Below, one piece after another: positions 50,840-62,791 of a DNA stretch of 64,000 nucleotides. Source of the DNA: an uncultured delta proteobacterium (GTDB lineage Bacteria; Desulfobacterota; Binatia; UBA9968); assembly GCA_963745835.1 (NCBI GenBank), contig CAVUZH010000019.1:160001-224000 (forward strand). Reading direction: 5' to 3'. The translations under genes and the position numbers were made by a program. How positions within the stretch are numbered: the stretch's first letter is position 1; each line of letters opens with the position of its first letter. The notes under the pieces are model-generated. The model saw nothing but the letters and a program-made list of their open reading frames with translations. It was not told the origin of the DNA and did not search any database.

Positions 50840-53143
50840 ATGTTATTCGCTGTATTGTCGGGCTTCGCGGCGGCGATCGTCGCGCCATGGGTTTATCGGA
50901 TTAACGGCCGCGTCGCAGGATGGTTGTTCGCCGCGGTGCCTTTTGCATTGGCCATATACTTTGTCGCTTCAATCACCGCTACAGCTTCCGGTACCGTTTT
51001 TAGTCTTTCACATGACTGGGCGCCAAGTTTAGGGATCAAGCTTTCTTTTCTTCTCGACGGGCTAAGCCTGCTTTTCGCGATCCTGATTAGCGGTGTCGGC
51101 GTGTTGGTGGTCATTTACAGTGGTGTCTACTTGGCCGGGCATCCTCATCTAGGTCGATTTTACGCCTACATCCTGATGTTCATGGGATCGATGCTCGGTC
51201 TCGTTCTGGCGGATAACCTGATCACGCTCTTTGTCTTTTGGGAGCTCACCAGCCTCAGTTCATATCTGCTCATCGGCTTCGATCACGAGCGGGAAACGGC
51301 GCGCGCCGCGGCGTTACAGGCGCTGCTGGTGACAGGCGGCGGCGGCTTGGCGCTGCTCGCCGGGTTTCTGCTGGTTGGCCACATCGCCGGCACCATGGAG
51401 CTTTCATCATTGTTGCGAAGCGGTGACGTGATCCGTTCTCATCCGCTGTACGCATGGGTAGTGCTACTCGTGTTGGCCGGGGCGTTTACGAAATCGGCAC
51501 AGGTGCCATTTCATTTCTGGCTTCCCAACGCCATGGTCGCTCCCACTCCGGTGAGCGCCTATCTTCACTCGGCAACGATGGTGAAGGCCGGAGTCTATCT
51601 GCTCGCGCGCTTAACGCCGATTCTTGGCGGCACAGAAACTTGGATGATGGCGCTGACGACGGCCGGCGCGACGACCATGATCCTGGGCGCATTTCTCGCG
51701 CTCAGGCAAACCGATCTGAAATTGATCCTCGCCTACCTGACCGTCAGCGCGCTCGGGATTCTGGTTCTTTTTATCGGGCTGGGAACGTCCGAATCGATCA
51801 TTGCGGCTGTCGTTTTCCTGCTCGGGCACGCCCTCTATAAGGGCGCTTTGTTTCTGGTCGTCGGCATCGTCGATCACGAGACCGGCACGAGAGATGCGCG
51901 GGAGTTAAGTGGTTTGCGCTCCGCGATGCCGCTCACCGCAACCATAGCAGCATTGGCGGCGTTGTCACTGGCCGCGTTGCCTCCCGCTTTCGGATTTATC
52001 GGCAAGGAGTCCTTGCTGGAAGCCTCGCTCAGCGCGGAAGCAGGAGCAGGGCTACTCACCCTGGCGCTCTTGCTCGCGAGCATCGTCTTTGTCGCTGCCG
52101 CGGGAATCACCGCCATCCGGCCATTTTTCGGTAAGAAGACCGAAACGTCGAAGCGCGCCCACGAAGCTCCTCCGCGTCTGTGGCTGCCGCCCATGCTGCT
52201 GGCCTGTTTAGGGATTCTCTTCGGCATCATACCGTCGTTAGTGGAAGGTCCGCTCTTGCGCTCGGCGGTTCAGGCGGTTGTGGGGAAATCCGTAAATTTT
52301 GATCTTGCGCTCTGGCACGGCTTCAACCTGCCGCTTGCGCTCAGCGCTGTTTCGGTGGCATGCGGCGCAGCACTCTATGCCGCGCGGCGGCACGCGCGTG
52401 ACGCTGCCGCGCGTCTGCAAATCACTTTCGCTTGGGGCCCGCAGCACTGGTACGACCACCTGCTGGCCGGCATGAATCATGTGGCGCGACGCCAAACGCA
52501 GCTCCTGCAAAACGGTTATCTGCGCTTTTATCTGTTGATCATCGTTGCCGCCACTGTCGCGCTAGCGGTTGCCAAACTATTCAGCGCCGTCGGTACCATC
52601 GATGTTACGAGGAAGCTCGAGGTGCGCTTTTACGAGTGGATCGTCGCCGGTTTGATTCCGATGGGCGCTCTGACGGCGATCATGTCGCGTTCCAGGTTGG
52701 GCGCAGTCGCCGCGCTTGGCGTCGTCGGTTACAGCGTTGGCTTCATTTTTGTTCTTTTCAGCGCCCCCGACCTCGCGATGACACAGTTCATGGTCGAGAC
52801 GCTCACGGTGATTCTGTTCGTTTTGGTGTTTTACCACTTGCCGCGCTTCACCGCCTTCTCCACGCGTATGGAGCTGGGTCGCGACGCCGTGACGGCTTTG
52901 GCTTTCGGCGCACTCATCACGATCATCGTGTCGACCGGCGCGGGGATCCAGCTCTACCCCAAAATCTCCGGCTATTTCATCGAGAATAGCCTGCCGCTTG
53001 CCCACGGCCTAAATGTCGTGAACGCCATTCTGGTCGATTTCCGCGGGTTTGACACATTCGGAGAGATCACGGTCCTGGCGGTCGCAGCCGTCGGAGTTTA
53101 TGCGCTACTCAAGCAGAGGCCGCGCAAGAAGAACAGATCATGA
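50840..53143 (+). CDS. mrpA: Mrp Na+/H+ antiporter subunit A
   Basis: [59 protein letters not shown]. Confidence 0.96.
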   Translation: MLFAVLSGFAAAIVAPWVYRINGRVAGWLFAAVPFALAIYFVASITATASGTVFSLSHDWAPSLGIKLSFLLDGLSLLFAILISGVGVLVVIYSGVYLAGHPHLGRFYAYILMFMGSMLGLVLADNLITLFVFWELTSLSSYLLIGFDHERETARAAALQALLVTGGGGLALLAGFLLVGHIAGTMELSSLLRSGDVIRSHPLYAWVVLLVLAGAFTKSAQVPFHFWLPNAMVAPTPVSAYLHSATMVKAGVYLLARLTPILGGTETWMMALTTAGATTMILGAFLALRQTDLKLILAYLTVSALGILVLFIGLGTSESIIAAVVFLLGHALYKGALFLVVGIVDHETGTRDARELSGLRSAMPLTATIAALAALSLAALPPAFGFIGKESLLEASLSAEAGAGLLTLALLLASIVFVAAAGITAIRPFFGKKTETSKRAHEAPPRLWLPPMLLACLGILFGIIPSLVEGPLLRSAVQAVVGKSVNFDLALWHGFNLPLALSAVSVACGAALYAARRHARDAAARLQITFAWGPQHWYDHLLAGMNHVARRQTQLLQNGYLRFYLLIIVAATVALAVAKLFSAVGTIDVTRKLEVRFYEWIVAGLIPMGALTAIMSRSRLGAVAALGVVGYSVGFIFVLFSAPDLAMTQFMVETLTVILFVLVFYHLPRFTAFSTRMELGRDAVTALAFGALITIIVSTGAGIQLYPKISGYFIENSLPLAHGLNVVNAILVDFRGFDTFGEITVLAVAAVGVYALLKQRPRKKNRS

Positions 53144-53553
53144 CATCGCTGATCCTTTCCACTGCGGCCCGTTATCTGTTGCCGCTGCTCTTGCTCTTTT
53201 CATTCTTCATCCTGATACGTGGCCACAACGAGCCGGGTGGCGGGTTTATCGGCGGCCTCGTCGCTGCCGCAGCCTTCGCACTAAATGCCATCGCGTTCGA
53301 TGCCCGCAGCACCCGGCGCACATTGCGCATCGATCCCCGGATGTTGATCCCAGCAGGACTCTCGATCGCGCTGGTGAGTGGGATCATCCCCCTTTTTTCT
53401 GGAGACAGCTTCATGACCGGCAAATGGTTCAGCATTTTTGTTCCCGGGCTCGAACAACTAGATATCGGTACGCCGCTGCTTTTCGACTGCGGCGTGTATT
53501 TGTTGGTGCTCGGGGTGGCACTGACGATGATTCTCACTCTGACGGAGGAATAG
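53140..53553 (+). CDS. mrpB: Mrp antiporter subunit B
   Basis: [23 protein letters not shown]. Confidence 0.95.
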   Translation: MTSLILSTAARYLLPLLLLFSFFILIRGHNEPGGGFIGGLVAAAAFALNAIAFDARSTRRTLRIDPRMLIPAGLSIALVSGIIPLFSGDSFMTGKWFSIFVPGLEQLDIGTPLLFDCGVYLLVLGVALTMILTLTEE

Positions 53554-53555
53554 CG

Positions 53556-53900
53556 ATGGAGATCGTACTGGCGTTCGTCATCGGCGGGCTTTACGCTGCC
53601 GGGTTGTTCATGATGCTCCGTCCCAGCGCGGTGAAGCTTATTATCGGCATCAGCCTGCTCGGGCATGCCGCCAATCTGCTGATCTTTACCATCGCCGGAT
53701 TGACCCGGGGGAAGCCGCCGCTCATTACCGGGGGTCTCACCACCGCGGCAGCCGTTGCCGATCCGATGCCGCAAGCCTTGATCTTGACCGCCATCGTCAT
53801 CGGCTTTGCCGTTCAAGCCTTCGCAGTGGTGCTGATCCAACGGGTGATTCAAATCGTTGGCACCGACGATCTGGATCAGATGAAGGCGACAGACTCGTGA
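53556..53900 (+). CDS. mrpC: Mrp antiporter subunit C
   Basis: GGAGG RBS; [29 protein letters not shown]. Confidence 0.95.
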   Translation: MEIVLAFVIGGLYAAGLFMMLRPSAVKLIIGISLLGHAANLLIFTIAGLTRGKPPLITGGLTTAAAVADPMPQALILTAIVIGFAVQAFAVVLIQRVIQIVGTDDLDQMKATDS

Positions 53901-55411
53901 ACATCCTGCTGATTCTGCCGATCCTGATCCCGTTTTCAGCGGCGACGCTCTCACTGCTGGCCTGGCGCTCGCGGCGAAGCCAGCGGGTGCTGGGCGTGCT
54001 GGGAACGGCTCTGTTACTGGTTTCCGTGCTGATGTTGCTGCGATCGGTCTCGAGCGGCGGCATTCAAGTTGGTCAAATCGGCGCCTGGCCGGCGCCTTTC
54101 GGCATTACCATCGTCGCCGACCTTTTTAGCGCAATCATGCTGGTGCTTACCGGGCTCACCGGTTTGTCGGTGGCGGTCTATTCGACCGTGACCATGGATC
54201 GAGCGCGCGAGCGATTTGGTTATTATCCGCTCCTTCACGTCCTGTTGATGGGAGTCTGCGGCGCTTTCCTTGCGGGAGATCTCTTCAATCTTTACGTTTG
54301 GTTCGAAGTCATGCTGATGGCTTCTTTTGTGTTGATGGCATTGGGAGGGGAGCGCGCGCAAATGGAAGGCGCGATAAAATATGTGACCATCAATCTCATA
54401 GCGTCGGCTCTGTTTCTCGCCGCAGTCGGAATGCTTTACGGCGTGCTCGGAACGCTCAACATGGCCGATCTCGCGCAGAAGTTGAGAGATGCTCCGCGGC
54501 TCGATCTGCTGACCGCGATCGCCATGCTCTTTCTGGTTGCGTTCGGCATCAAGGCCGCGGTGTTTCCGTTTTTTTTCTGGCTTCCGGCCTCATACCATAC
54601 TCCACCCGTTGCGGTATCGGCGATCTTTGCCGGCCTGCTCACCAAAGTCGGCGTTTATGCGCTTATCCGCGTTTTCACTCTCTTGTTCGTTCAAGACCTG
54701 GGCTATACGCACACGATCATCCTGGTGCTGTCGGGGCTGACGATGGTCACCGGGGTTCTCGGCGCAGTGGCGCAGAACGAATTTCGCCGCGTCCTGTCGT
54801 TTCACATTATTAGTCAGATCGGTTACATGACTCTGGGTCTGGGGTTGTTTACGACGGCGGGCATCGCCGGATCGATCTTTTACATCGTTCACCACATCAT
54901 CGTTAAGACAAACCTCTTTCTTGTGAGCGGTGTCGTGTATCTCTTGCGCGGGACCTATGAGCTTAAAAATTTGGGCGGACTTTACTCTTCCAACCCCGCT
55001 CTTGGGATCCTATTCCTGATCCCGGCGCTTTCACTGGCCGGATTGCCTCCGCTCTCCGGTTTCTTTGCAAAGCTGACGATCGTGCAGGCAGGGCTGCAGT
55101 CCGAACAGTACGTCCTTGTTGCCACGGCTCTCGCGGTCGGCCTGCTTACGCTATTTTCCATGACAAAGATCTGGGCAGAGGTATTTTGGAAAGAAGCGCC
55201 CGATACGCCCGGCGCGGAGCAAGCGGCCGGAGCGATGGCGAAACGCGGGGGTTCAGGCTGGCTCCTCATAGGCCCGATCATTTCCATGGCGGCGATTACG
55301 ATTACCATCGGACTCGCCGTCGAGCCCGTCTATGTCTTGGCAACTCGCGCCGCCGAACAACTCATCGATCCGACCGAGTACATCGAGCGCGTTATGGAGA
55401 GGAGCTTTTGA
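53897..55411 (+). CDS. mrpD: Mrp antiporter subunit D
   Basis: [47 protein letters not shown]. Confidence 0.96.
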   Translation: MNILLILPILIPFSAATLSLLAWRSRRSQRVLGVLGTALLLVSVLMLLRSVSSGGIQVGQIGAWPAPFGITIVADLFSAIMLVLTGLTGLSVAVYSTVTMDRARERFGYYPLLHVLLMGVCGAFLAGDLFNLYVWFEVMLMASFVLMALGGERAQMEGAIKYVTINLIASALFLAAVGMLYGVLGTLNMADLAQKLRDAPRLDLLTAIAMLFLVAFGIKAAVFPFFFWLPASYHTPPVAVSAIFAGLLTKVGVYALIRVFTLLFVQDLGYTHTIILVLSGLTMVTGVLGAVAQNEFRRVLSFHIISQIGYMTLGLGLFTTAGIAGSIFYIVHHIIVKTNLFLVSGVVYLLRGTYELKNLGGLYSSNPALGILFLIPALSLAGLPPLSGFFAKLTIVQAGLQSEQYVLVATALAVGLLTLFSMTKIWAEVFWKEAPDTPGAEQAAGAMAKRGGSGWLLIGPIISMAAITITIGLAVEPVYVLATRAAEQLIDPTEYIERVMERSF

Positions 55412-55412
55412 A

Positions 55413-55881
55413 ATGTTTCTATGGAATATCTCGCTGGCCTTCATCTGGGCGGCGGTCACGGGGCATTTTACCTTGAGCAATGTGGCCGTTGGTATGATCC
55501 TGGGCTACGCGGTGCTTTTCGTCGCACACCCGCTCATGGGACCTTCCAACTATTTCACGCGCATCCACCATGCGCTTGGTTTTGCGGCTTTTTACATGTG
55601 GCAGATGATCATCTCCAACTTTCGCGTCGCTTATGATGTGTTGACGCCGCGGGCACGCGCCCGCACCCGGCGTTCTAGCGATACCATTGGAGGCGAAAAG
55701 CGATCTAGAGATTACCATGCTGGCCAACTTGATTACACTGACGCCCGGCAGCGTGAGTCTCGATGTGTCGAGCGACCGGCGGTTTCTATATTTGCACGCG
55801 ATGTACATCGACGACGTTGATAAGTACCGCGAAAACATCAAAAAAAGCTTTGAGCGAAGGGTCCTGGAGGTTTTGCGATGA
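55413..55881 (+). CDS. mrpE: Mrp antiporter subunit E (+1 frameshift near 55665)
   Basis: [22 protein letters not shown], then [19 protein letters not shown] in the next frame. Confidence 0.9.
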
Positions 55882-56159
55882 CACTGTCGGATTTCGTTTC
55901 CAACGCCTCGTACATTGCGCTGTGCATGATGGGCGTCGCCATCCTGCTTGCGGCGGTTCGCCTCATACGAGGGCCGAGCCTGCCGGATCGAGTGGTCGCT
56001 CTCGACCTCATCTCGATCTTGGTGGCCGGCGCTACCGCCATCTATGCGATTGCGAGCGGGCAAGCGGTGTTTCTCGACGTGGCGACGATTCTCGCATTGA
56101 TCTCATTCCTGGGAACTGTGGCGTTTGCGCGTTACATCGAAAAGCAGGTGTCGCAATGA
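55878..56159 (+). CDS. mrpF: Mrp antiporter subunit F
   Basis: [26 protein letters not shown]. Confidence 0.95.
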   Translation: MTLSDFVSNASYIALCMMGVAILLAAVRLIRGPSLPDRVVALDLISILVAGATAIYAIASGQAVFLDVATILALISFLGTVAFARYIEKQVSQ

Positions 56160-56981
56160 ACGAAGCGGTCAGCGCGGCGCTTGATGATCTTCGGCGCCGC
56201 CTTCGCTCTTTTGGCAGGCGCCGGGGTCGTGCGCATGCCCGACTTGTTCATGCGCATGCAGGCGGCGACAAAGGCTTCTACTTTGGGCATTGGCTGTATC
56301 GTGCTTGCGGTGGCCGTTCACTTCGGCGAGCTCGGCGTCGCGACCCGCGCCCTGGCGACCATCGTCTTTGTTTTTTTGACGGCGCCGGTCTCCGCGCACA
56401 TGATCGCGCGGGCCTCTTACTTCGTCGGCGTCCCTTTATGGGAGGGAACCATCATCGACGAGTTGCGCGGCCATTATGACCGCCGTACCCATCGTTTGGC
56501 GCGCCCGGATGATCCGTATGCCGTGTTGCCCGCGACCGTCGATGCTAATCGCCTGGCCGGGCACGTGGTAGTCGTCGGTTACGGCCGTGTCGGCGGGCGC
56601 ATCGGCTCCGCGTTGGCCGCGAACGGCATCTCGTTCGTCGTCATCGAGGACACTCGTGAAATCGTCGAGAAGCTGCGCGAGAGTGATATCTCGGCGGTGT
56701 TCGGCAATGCCTCCGAGCCCTCCGTCCTGGTTCAAGCGCATTTGCATCAGGCGCGCATGTTGGTGGTCGCCGTGCCCGATACCGCGGACGTGCGCCGTAT
56801 GGTCGAGACCGCACGCACCGTGAATCCGCGCATCGAGGTGGTTGTGCGCACCCACCGTGATGAAGAGTTGGCATCTTTTGAAAAGGACATTGCCGGGAAG
56901 GTGTTCTTGGGCGAGCACGAGCTTGCCGTTACGATGACTCGGTATGTACTGGAGCGTTATGCGGCGCGGGCCGATGATTAG
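56156..56981 (+). CDS. mrpG: Mrp antiporter subunit G fused to a C-terminal TrkA_N/RCK domain (+1 frameshift near 56180 in the N-terminus)
   Basis: RMPD.F.RMQAATK..TLG and LTAPVSAH MrpG motifs continue in frame into [22 protein letters not shown]....L..A....ARMLVVA. Confidence 0.9.
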
Positions 56982-57152
56982 CTATGATCGAGAAATCTAA
57001 TCGGCTTGAATTAACCTTTGCGAAGGGACGGGCATTGCGCCGGTAGTCCGATGCTGACGGAAGGGGAGTCCGGAAATGAAATATCCTTGCCGCTGCAAGA
57101 CAACCTTTTTTGAATCCTGCACTGCGACTACGAACCGTAACGGAGGACGACT

Positions 57153-58049
57153 GTGACCGCGGCGCAGAATGTGCCGAATCTAAGTAGAATTCTCGTCGCG
57201 ACCGATTTGTCGCCGCGCGCGCAGAAGGCTATAGCGCGCGCAATTATGTTGGCGGCTGAACAGGGAGCAGCACTGACGATCCTTCATGTCCTGACGGCCG
57301 AAACAGGAAATAAGGTCCGTCAGCGGCAGGTCGCTCTACAAGTGGAGAAAGATTTGCGCCGCGATATCGCAACGTTATCTTCCGCGCAGGACGGAAGGGC
57401 AACTATTCGGGTTGTTACCGGCACGCCGTTTGTGGAAATTATCCGCCGCGCCAGACAAGAAGCAGCCGATCTCATTTTAGTAGGGGCGCATGGAGCGCAA
57501 TTCATTAAGGACTTGTTGGTCGGTACCACCATGGAAAAAATAGTGCGCAAAGGAGATCGTCCGGTGCTGGCCGTCAAACGGCCGGTTCGTGCGCCATACC
57601 ACCGTGTCCTGGTGGCAACGGATTTCTCCGACCCATCGCGACAAGCGCTGAGGCTCGGCCTGAGGCTTGCGCCCGGGGCTAAAATCTATCTCCTGCACGC
57701 CTATCAGGGACTTGAGGGACAGCTGTGGAGGGCCGATATGACAAAGTCCCAGATCCTGCGTTATCGTCATCGGGTGGCGCAACAGAGCCGAGAACAAATG
57801 AAAGATTTCATTCGGCGTATGGATCTGAACGGCAGGTCAATCGTGCGGCTGCTGCGATACGGGCGAGCGCCCCACGTTATCACCGCCGCCGCGCAACGTT
57901 TGCGCCCCGAGCTGGTATGTGTCGGCAGTGTAGGTCGAACGGGACTGCCGCAAATTTTGCTCGGCAGTGTGGCCGAACATGTGCTCCGGGAAGTCTCTTG
58001 CGATATACTGGTGGCGCGGTCCGGCTCGTTAAGTTTTGAACTGCCCTAG
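57153..58049 (+). CDS. Tandem-domain universal stress protein
   Basis: Two USP domains: ILVATDLS..DLILVGAHG...LVGT and VLVATDFS..VGSVGR.....LLGSVAEHV. Confidence 0.92.
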   Translation: MTAAQNVPNLSRILVATDLSPRAQKAIARAIMLAAEQGAALTILHVLTAETGNKVRQRQVALQVEKDLRRDIATLSSAQDGRATIRVVTGTPFVEIIRRARQEAADLILVGAHGAQFIKDLLVGTTMEKIVRKGDRPVLAVKRPVRAPYHRVLVATDFSDPSRQALRLGLRLAPGAKIYLLHAYQGLEGQLWRADMTKSQILRYRHRVAQQSREQMKDFIRRMDLNGRSIVRLLRYGRAPHVITAAAQRLRPELVCVGSVGRTGLPQILLGSVAEHVLREVSCDILVARSGSLSFELP

Positions 58050-58327
58050 CCTAATAGCGCATTCCACCCGCTTCCCGAGGTCGCCACAAGCGCAATCGCG
58101 CTTGGCATGCGAGCACCACCGGAATCATCACTAAAGTTCGAACTAGTCATGGAGTATCCGCGGCTCAAATCGCCCCCTGGATGGGCACCGCTTCGGCAAT
58201 ACCGGACTTGAAGAGCGATTGTTCCCGGTCCGTGGAGCCGTCTAGAAAACCACTCTTAGCGTGCTAACTCATCTATGAGCTTCAGGTTCGCTTCTATGCA
58301 GCCTAGAAACTGGCATATGATGCGACA

Positions 58328-59443
58328 CTAAAAATCCAGGTGCAGCCCCGGTCCGAAATATTCAACCTTTCTGTTAAAGAACTGGCCGTTGGGAGAATGT
58401 CCCTTGTAATATTCAACCAGTAGACTGATCTTCCGGCCAAGCCTCTGAGCTCTTTCAAATTGAAGGCCGCCGCGGACCGAGACTTCCGTGCTCCAATTGT
58501 TCTCTTCCCTGTTTTGCAGGTCCAAGGCCGTAACGAATCGCGCTGAGTCCGCCCAAAATCTCCACGGCGTTTGCAGTTCGATACCGCCCTGTGTTGACCA
58601 GGGTTTAAGATCTGAGGGATCTCGGTGAACCAGGTAAGCGCCGCCACCGTAAAGGCGCAGCCAATCGAAAAGTGTGTAAGACAACTTCAGGTCCAGGCCT
58701 TCGAAGCTGAGATTGATGCGATCGATTCGGTTGCGCAGAAGGAACTCGTCGCCTAGATGCGAGCTCTGATGAAAGACGCGAAAAAACGTCGACAGATCAC
58801 CTATCCGGTACGTCGCGTACAGCCCGGCGAAAAAGTCGCTGTTGACCAGATCAAACGATGACGAGTCCAGGTCAAAGATCGAAAATACACCGGCCTGAAA
58901 GCCGACCTCCCACAGTCCGTTGTAAGGGCCGCGCTCACGGTAAAGGGCAATGGTTTCACCAAAGTTCGCCGAGGCCACATTTGTCGCTTCATCGGTAAAA
59001 TACCGATAACCGATCGAGAAGCGCGGCCAGCGTGGATCAGCAATCAGCGGCTCAAAAAGATTGCCGCCTGGCAGAAAGGCTAGCTCGTATTCAGGTTTGA
59101 CGGACTGCTGTAATGAAGCAGACTGTGTTGCCGATGGTTGCGGGATCGATGTGGCCACTTCAACTCCACGGGAATCGAGGATCGCAACCCGCTTAACTCC
59201 ATCGATCGAGGATAGAGCAGCGATGACCTTGCCGTGATCCGCTTCGGTCAGATCTCCGGATGTCACCGTAACGGTTTCGCCGGCAACGTTCACGAAGAAA
59301 CTCTTTAGGCGAAATTCTCTCGCCAAGAGGGCGGACGCATAGCCACGAATGAAATCATCGCTGGTAGCCGCCGGCACGACAAACGGAAAACACAGGAGCA
59401 AGATCACCAGAGCCTGAAAAAGTTTTGCCGGTTTCTGCGTCAT
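58328..59443 (-). CDS. DUF1207-like outer membrane protein with small N-terminal alpha/beta domain
   Basis: Signal peptide; F.PLIADPRWP, FDL......LVNSDF, FHQSSHLGDEF, YY.G.SP.GQF; terminal Phe. Confidence 0.72.
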   Translation of the reverse strand: MTQKPAKLFQALVILLLCFPFVVPAATSDDFIRGYASALLAREFRLKSFFVNVAGETVTVTSGDLTEADHGKVIAALSSIDGVKRVAILDSRGVEVATSIPQPSATQSASLQQSVKPEYELAFLPGGNLFEPLIADPRWPRFSIGYRYFTDEATNVASANFGETIALYRERGPYNGLWEVGFQAGVFSIFDLDSSSFDLVNSDFFAGLYATYRIGDLSTFFRVFHQSSHLGDEFLLRNRIDRINLSFEGLDLKLSYTLFDWLRLYGGGAYLVHRDPSDLKPWSTQGGIELQTPWRFWADSARFVTALDLQNREENNWSTEVSVRGGLQFERAQRLGRKISLLVEYYKGHSPNGQFFNRKVEYFGPGLHLDF

Positions 59444-59608
59444 TGCGTTCTCCTTGCTACAGGGGCGACGGTTGGTTTTTCTGCGATCCTTTCACTGGGT
59501 TCGATCATAGCGGCGCCGCGTCATGATCAAGCGCGCTTTTTTGAACTGTTCCGTAAAATCGCTGATCGATCGCGTCCTGCCAGCAACCGCAGAATCCTGC
59601 GGAGCACA

Positions 59609-59932
59609 TCACGACGACGCTTCGATCTCGCGAATTCGCTGCACCTTATCCAAGTCGAGGACGGTGATAATGCCGTCACCGCGATTTCCCGTACGCGCCG
59701 CGCGATCAATCTGATGATTTCGTCACAGCGCTCCTCCGGGCAAACTACTTCGAGCTTCAATGCCGCCGGCAAATGATGAATTTCGAATGGACGGTCGAAT
59801 AAAGAAACGTCGGCCGTTCACTGCGTATTCCATGCACCCGATAACAGGTAATTCCCCCGATGCCGGCGCTGTACAGATCGCGCATGACGTCGGCGGAGAT
59901 TCGGTGCGGATGTATGCGATGATCATTTTCAT
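59609..59932 (-). CDS. P-II family signal-transduction protein (three frameshifts; possibly a pseudogene)
   Basis: Reconstructed MKMIIAYIR...LYSAGIGGIT...V.G...KLEVVC......II..I...ARTGNRGDGII.V.......RIR. Confidence 0.75.
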
Positions 59933-60051
59933 GATTCACCCCTTCTCTCATCGAAAGACAGCGTCATGCTCATGGCTGTTTATCCGGAGCTTTAACTGCA
60001 GGAACAACCCCCCGGACAAACCGTGCTTTGTTTTACGGCCGGCGCAGATCA

Positions 60052-62490
60052 TCAATTTCGAACAGGCGCTTCGACGCCTGTGTCGATGTTGTCGCCTTCG
60101 GTTGAATCCAGATGAGCAGAGCGCTGTTTGTTCCCCCACGTCCAGCCGCTGATCTCGGGCGCGTCCTCGCCGTGCTCGTAGATGTATTCCTTATGATCGA
60201 TAAGCGCGTCGCGCAGCGCTTGTTTCGCGTAGGCCGCGCATGCGCCTAGCTGCGGCAGCCGATCGATCACGTCTTGCACCAGATGATAACGGTCCAGATC
60301 ATTGAGCACGCACATATCGAACGGCGTGGTCGTGGTCCCTTCTTCTTTGTAGCCACGCACGTGCAAATTGTCGTGATTGGTGCGCCGGTAGGTCAGGCGA
60401 TGAATCAGCCATGGGTAGCCGTGAAAAGCAAAAATGATCGGCTTGTTCTTCGTGAACAGCGCATCGAAGTCCTTGTCGCTCAAACCGTGTGGGTGCTCAT
60501 GCGACGATTGCAACGTCATCAGATCGACCACGTTGATGACTCTGACCTTGAGCTCGGGAATGTGACGGCGCAGCAGCTCTACCGCTGCAAGCGTTTCGAG
60601 GGTCGGCACGTCGCCGCAGCAGGCCATCACCACGTCCGGCTCCTCGCCGCGGTCGTTGCTCGCCCATTCCCAGATGCCGATGCCGGCGGTGCAGTGTTTT
60701 ACCGCCTGGTCCATATTGAGCCACTGTGGAGCCGGTTGTTTCCCGGCAACAATAACGTTGACGTAGTTGCGGCTACGCAGGCAGTGATCCGTTACCGAAA
60801 GCAGGCAGTTGGCGTCCGGCGGCAGATAGACCCGCACGACCTCGGCTTTTTTATTGACCACGTGATCGATGAACCCCGGATCCTGATGACTAAAGCCATT
60901 GTGATCCTGTCGCCATACATGAGAGGACAGTAAATAGTTGAGCGATGCGATGGGCCTACGCCAGGGGATGTCGTTACACACCTTTAACCATTTAGCGTGC
61001 TGGTTGAACATCGAGTCGACGATATGAATGAAAGCCTCGTAACAGGAGAAAAAGCCGTGCCGGCCCGTCAGGAGATAGCCTTCGAGCCAACCCTGGCACT
61101 GGTGCTCGCTCAGCATTTCCATCAGCCGTCCATCCGGAGCCAGTTTATCGTCATAGTCGAAGCGCTCCGCCATCCAAGCGCGGTTGGTTACTTCGAGCAC
61201 GTCTTGCCAGCGGTTCGAGTTATTTTCGTCCGGACTGAACAGGCGAAAATTCTTGCTATCGAGATTGAGCTTCATCACGTCGCGCAGGTATCGGCCTTGA
61301 ACCCGGGTGGCCTCAGCTGTTTCCGATCCCGGTTCTGATACTTCTACTTCGTAAGTTCGAAAGTCCGGAAGTCGCAGCCCTCTAAGCAGTATGCCGCCGT
61401 TGGTGTGCGGGTTCGCGCTCATGCGCCGCTCGCCTTTTGGCGCCAGCGCGGCGATTTCGCTCTTCAATCGTCCACCTTCTTCGAACAGCTCTTCGGGCTT
61501 GTAACTCTTCATCCATTGTTCGAGAATCTTTACGTGAGCGGGATTGCTGTGCATTTCGCCCATGGGAACCTGATGGGAGCGCCAGTAATCTTCCGTGCGC
61601 TTGCCGTCGATCTCCTTTGGACACGTCCAGCCTTTCGGGCTACGCAACACGATCATGGGCCAGCGCGGCCGATTTCCACTCCCCTTATCGCCTCTTGCTT
61701 CACTCTGGATCTGTTTAATCTCATCAACGACCCGGTCCAGGGTAGCGGCCATCAGTTGATGCATCTTTTCCGGTTCATGCCCTTCGACGAAATAGGGCGT
61801 GTAGCCATAGCCGCGAAACAATTGCTCCAGCTCCTCGTGACTGATCCGCGCCAGCATCGTGGGACTGGCGATCTTATAACCGTTTAGGTGCAAGATCGGC
61901 AGCACCGCACCGTCGTTGACCGGGTTCAAGAATTTGTTCGAATGCCAGCTCGTCGCCAATGCGCCGGTTTCCGCTTCTCCATCACCAATGACGCAAGCGA
62001 CGATCAGATCAGGATTGTCGAAGGCAGCGCCATAAGCATGCGCAAGGGAATAGCCCAATTCGCCACCCTCATTGATCGATCCGGGAGTTTCGGGGGCCAC
62101 GTGGCTGGGTATACCGCCTGGAAACGAGAATTGCTTGAAAAGCTTCTTCATTCCTTCCGCATCGGTTGAAATGTGAGGATAAACTTCGCTGTAGGTTCCC
62201 TCTAGATAGGCGTTGGCGACCAAAGCAGGTCCGCCATGTCCCGGGCCCGTGATGTAAATCATGTCCAGGTCGCGCGCCTTGATCACCCGATTGAGATGAG
62301 CATAGATAAAATTCAGGCCCGGCGTGGTTCCCCAATGACCCAACAGACGGGGCTTGATGTGCTTTTTGCTGAGCGCTTGTCTCAACAGCGGATTGTCATA
62401 AAGATAAATCTGGCCAACCGATAAATAATTCGCTGCGCGCCAGTAGGCATCCAGCAGCTTCAACTGTTCCTTGGATAATGTATCGGGCAT
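60052..62490 (-). CDS. xfp: Xylulose-5-phosphate/fructose-6-phosphate phosphoketolase
   Basis: [73 protein letters not shown]. Confidence 0.96.
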   Translation of the reverse strand: MPDTLSKEQLKLLDAYWRAANYLSVGQIYLYDNPLLRQALSKKHIKPRLLGHWGTTPGLNFIYAHLNRVIKARDLDMIYITGPGHGGPALVANAYLEGTYSEVYPHISTDAEGMKKLFKQFSFPGGIPSHVAPETPGSINEGGELGYSLAHAYGAAFDNPDLIVACVIGDGEAETGALATSWHSNKFLNPVNDGAVLPILHLNGYKIASPTMLARISHEELEQLFRGYGYTPYFVEGHEPEKMHQLMAATLDRVVDEIKQIQSEARGDKGSGNRPRWPMIVLRSPKGWTCPKEIDGKRTEDYWRSHQVPMGEMHSNPAHVKILEQWMKSYKPEELFEEGGRLKSEIAALAPKGERRMSANPHTNGGILLRGLRLPDFRTYEVEVSEPGSETAEATRVQGRYLRDVMKLNLDSKNFRLFSPDENNSNRWQDVLEVTNRAWMAERFDYDDKLAPDGRLMEMLSEHQCQGWLEGYLLTGRHGFFSCYEAFIHIVDSMFNQHAKWLKVCNDIPWRRPIASLNYLLSSHVWRQDHNGFSHQDPGFIDHVVNKKAEVVRVYLPPDANCLLSVTDHCLRSRNYVNVIVAGKQPAPQWLNMDQAVKHCTAGIGIWEWASNDRGEEPDVVMACCGDVPTLETLAAVELLRRHIPELKVRVINVVDLMTLQSSHEHPHGLSDKDFDALFTKNKPIIFAFHGYPWLIHRLTYRRTNHDNLHVRGYKEEGTTTTPFDMCVLNDLDRYHLVQDVIDRLPQLGACAAYAKQALRDALIDHKEYIYEHGEDAPEISGWTWGNKQRSAHLDSTEGDNIDTGVEAPVRN

Positions 62491-62791
62491 AGCGTCCTCC
62501 TCTCAGGTTCAATCTATCCGACACAGCCGCCAGAGCAACGGAGTTTCCAATCAATTGCCAAAAACTAGGATGCGTGAGCTCCACGGAACGAGTCGACATT
62601 CCATGCTTTCACCGCCATCGCGGGCCAGTAGCCGGCCGCCGCAACGCACAATGCCCGAGCAAGGATGGATCAACATTGGTTGGACAATTGACTATGATGA
62701 GGAGATGCCGGGGACGTTGTCACAACAATCTGTGGTGCGATTGCGCCGAAGTCGCTTCGATGGATTTCAATGTGACTTTTTTCTTTACGAC

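Noticed and set aside
53049-53555. Apparent 283-aa MrpC with a long N-terminal extension
   Set aside because: Alternative frame over mrpB; MrpC starts at 53556 after a GGAGG RBS.
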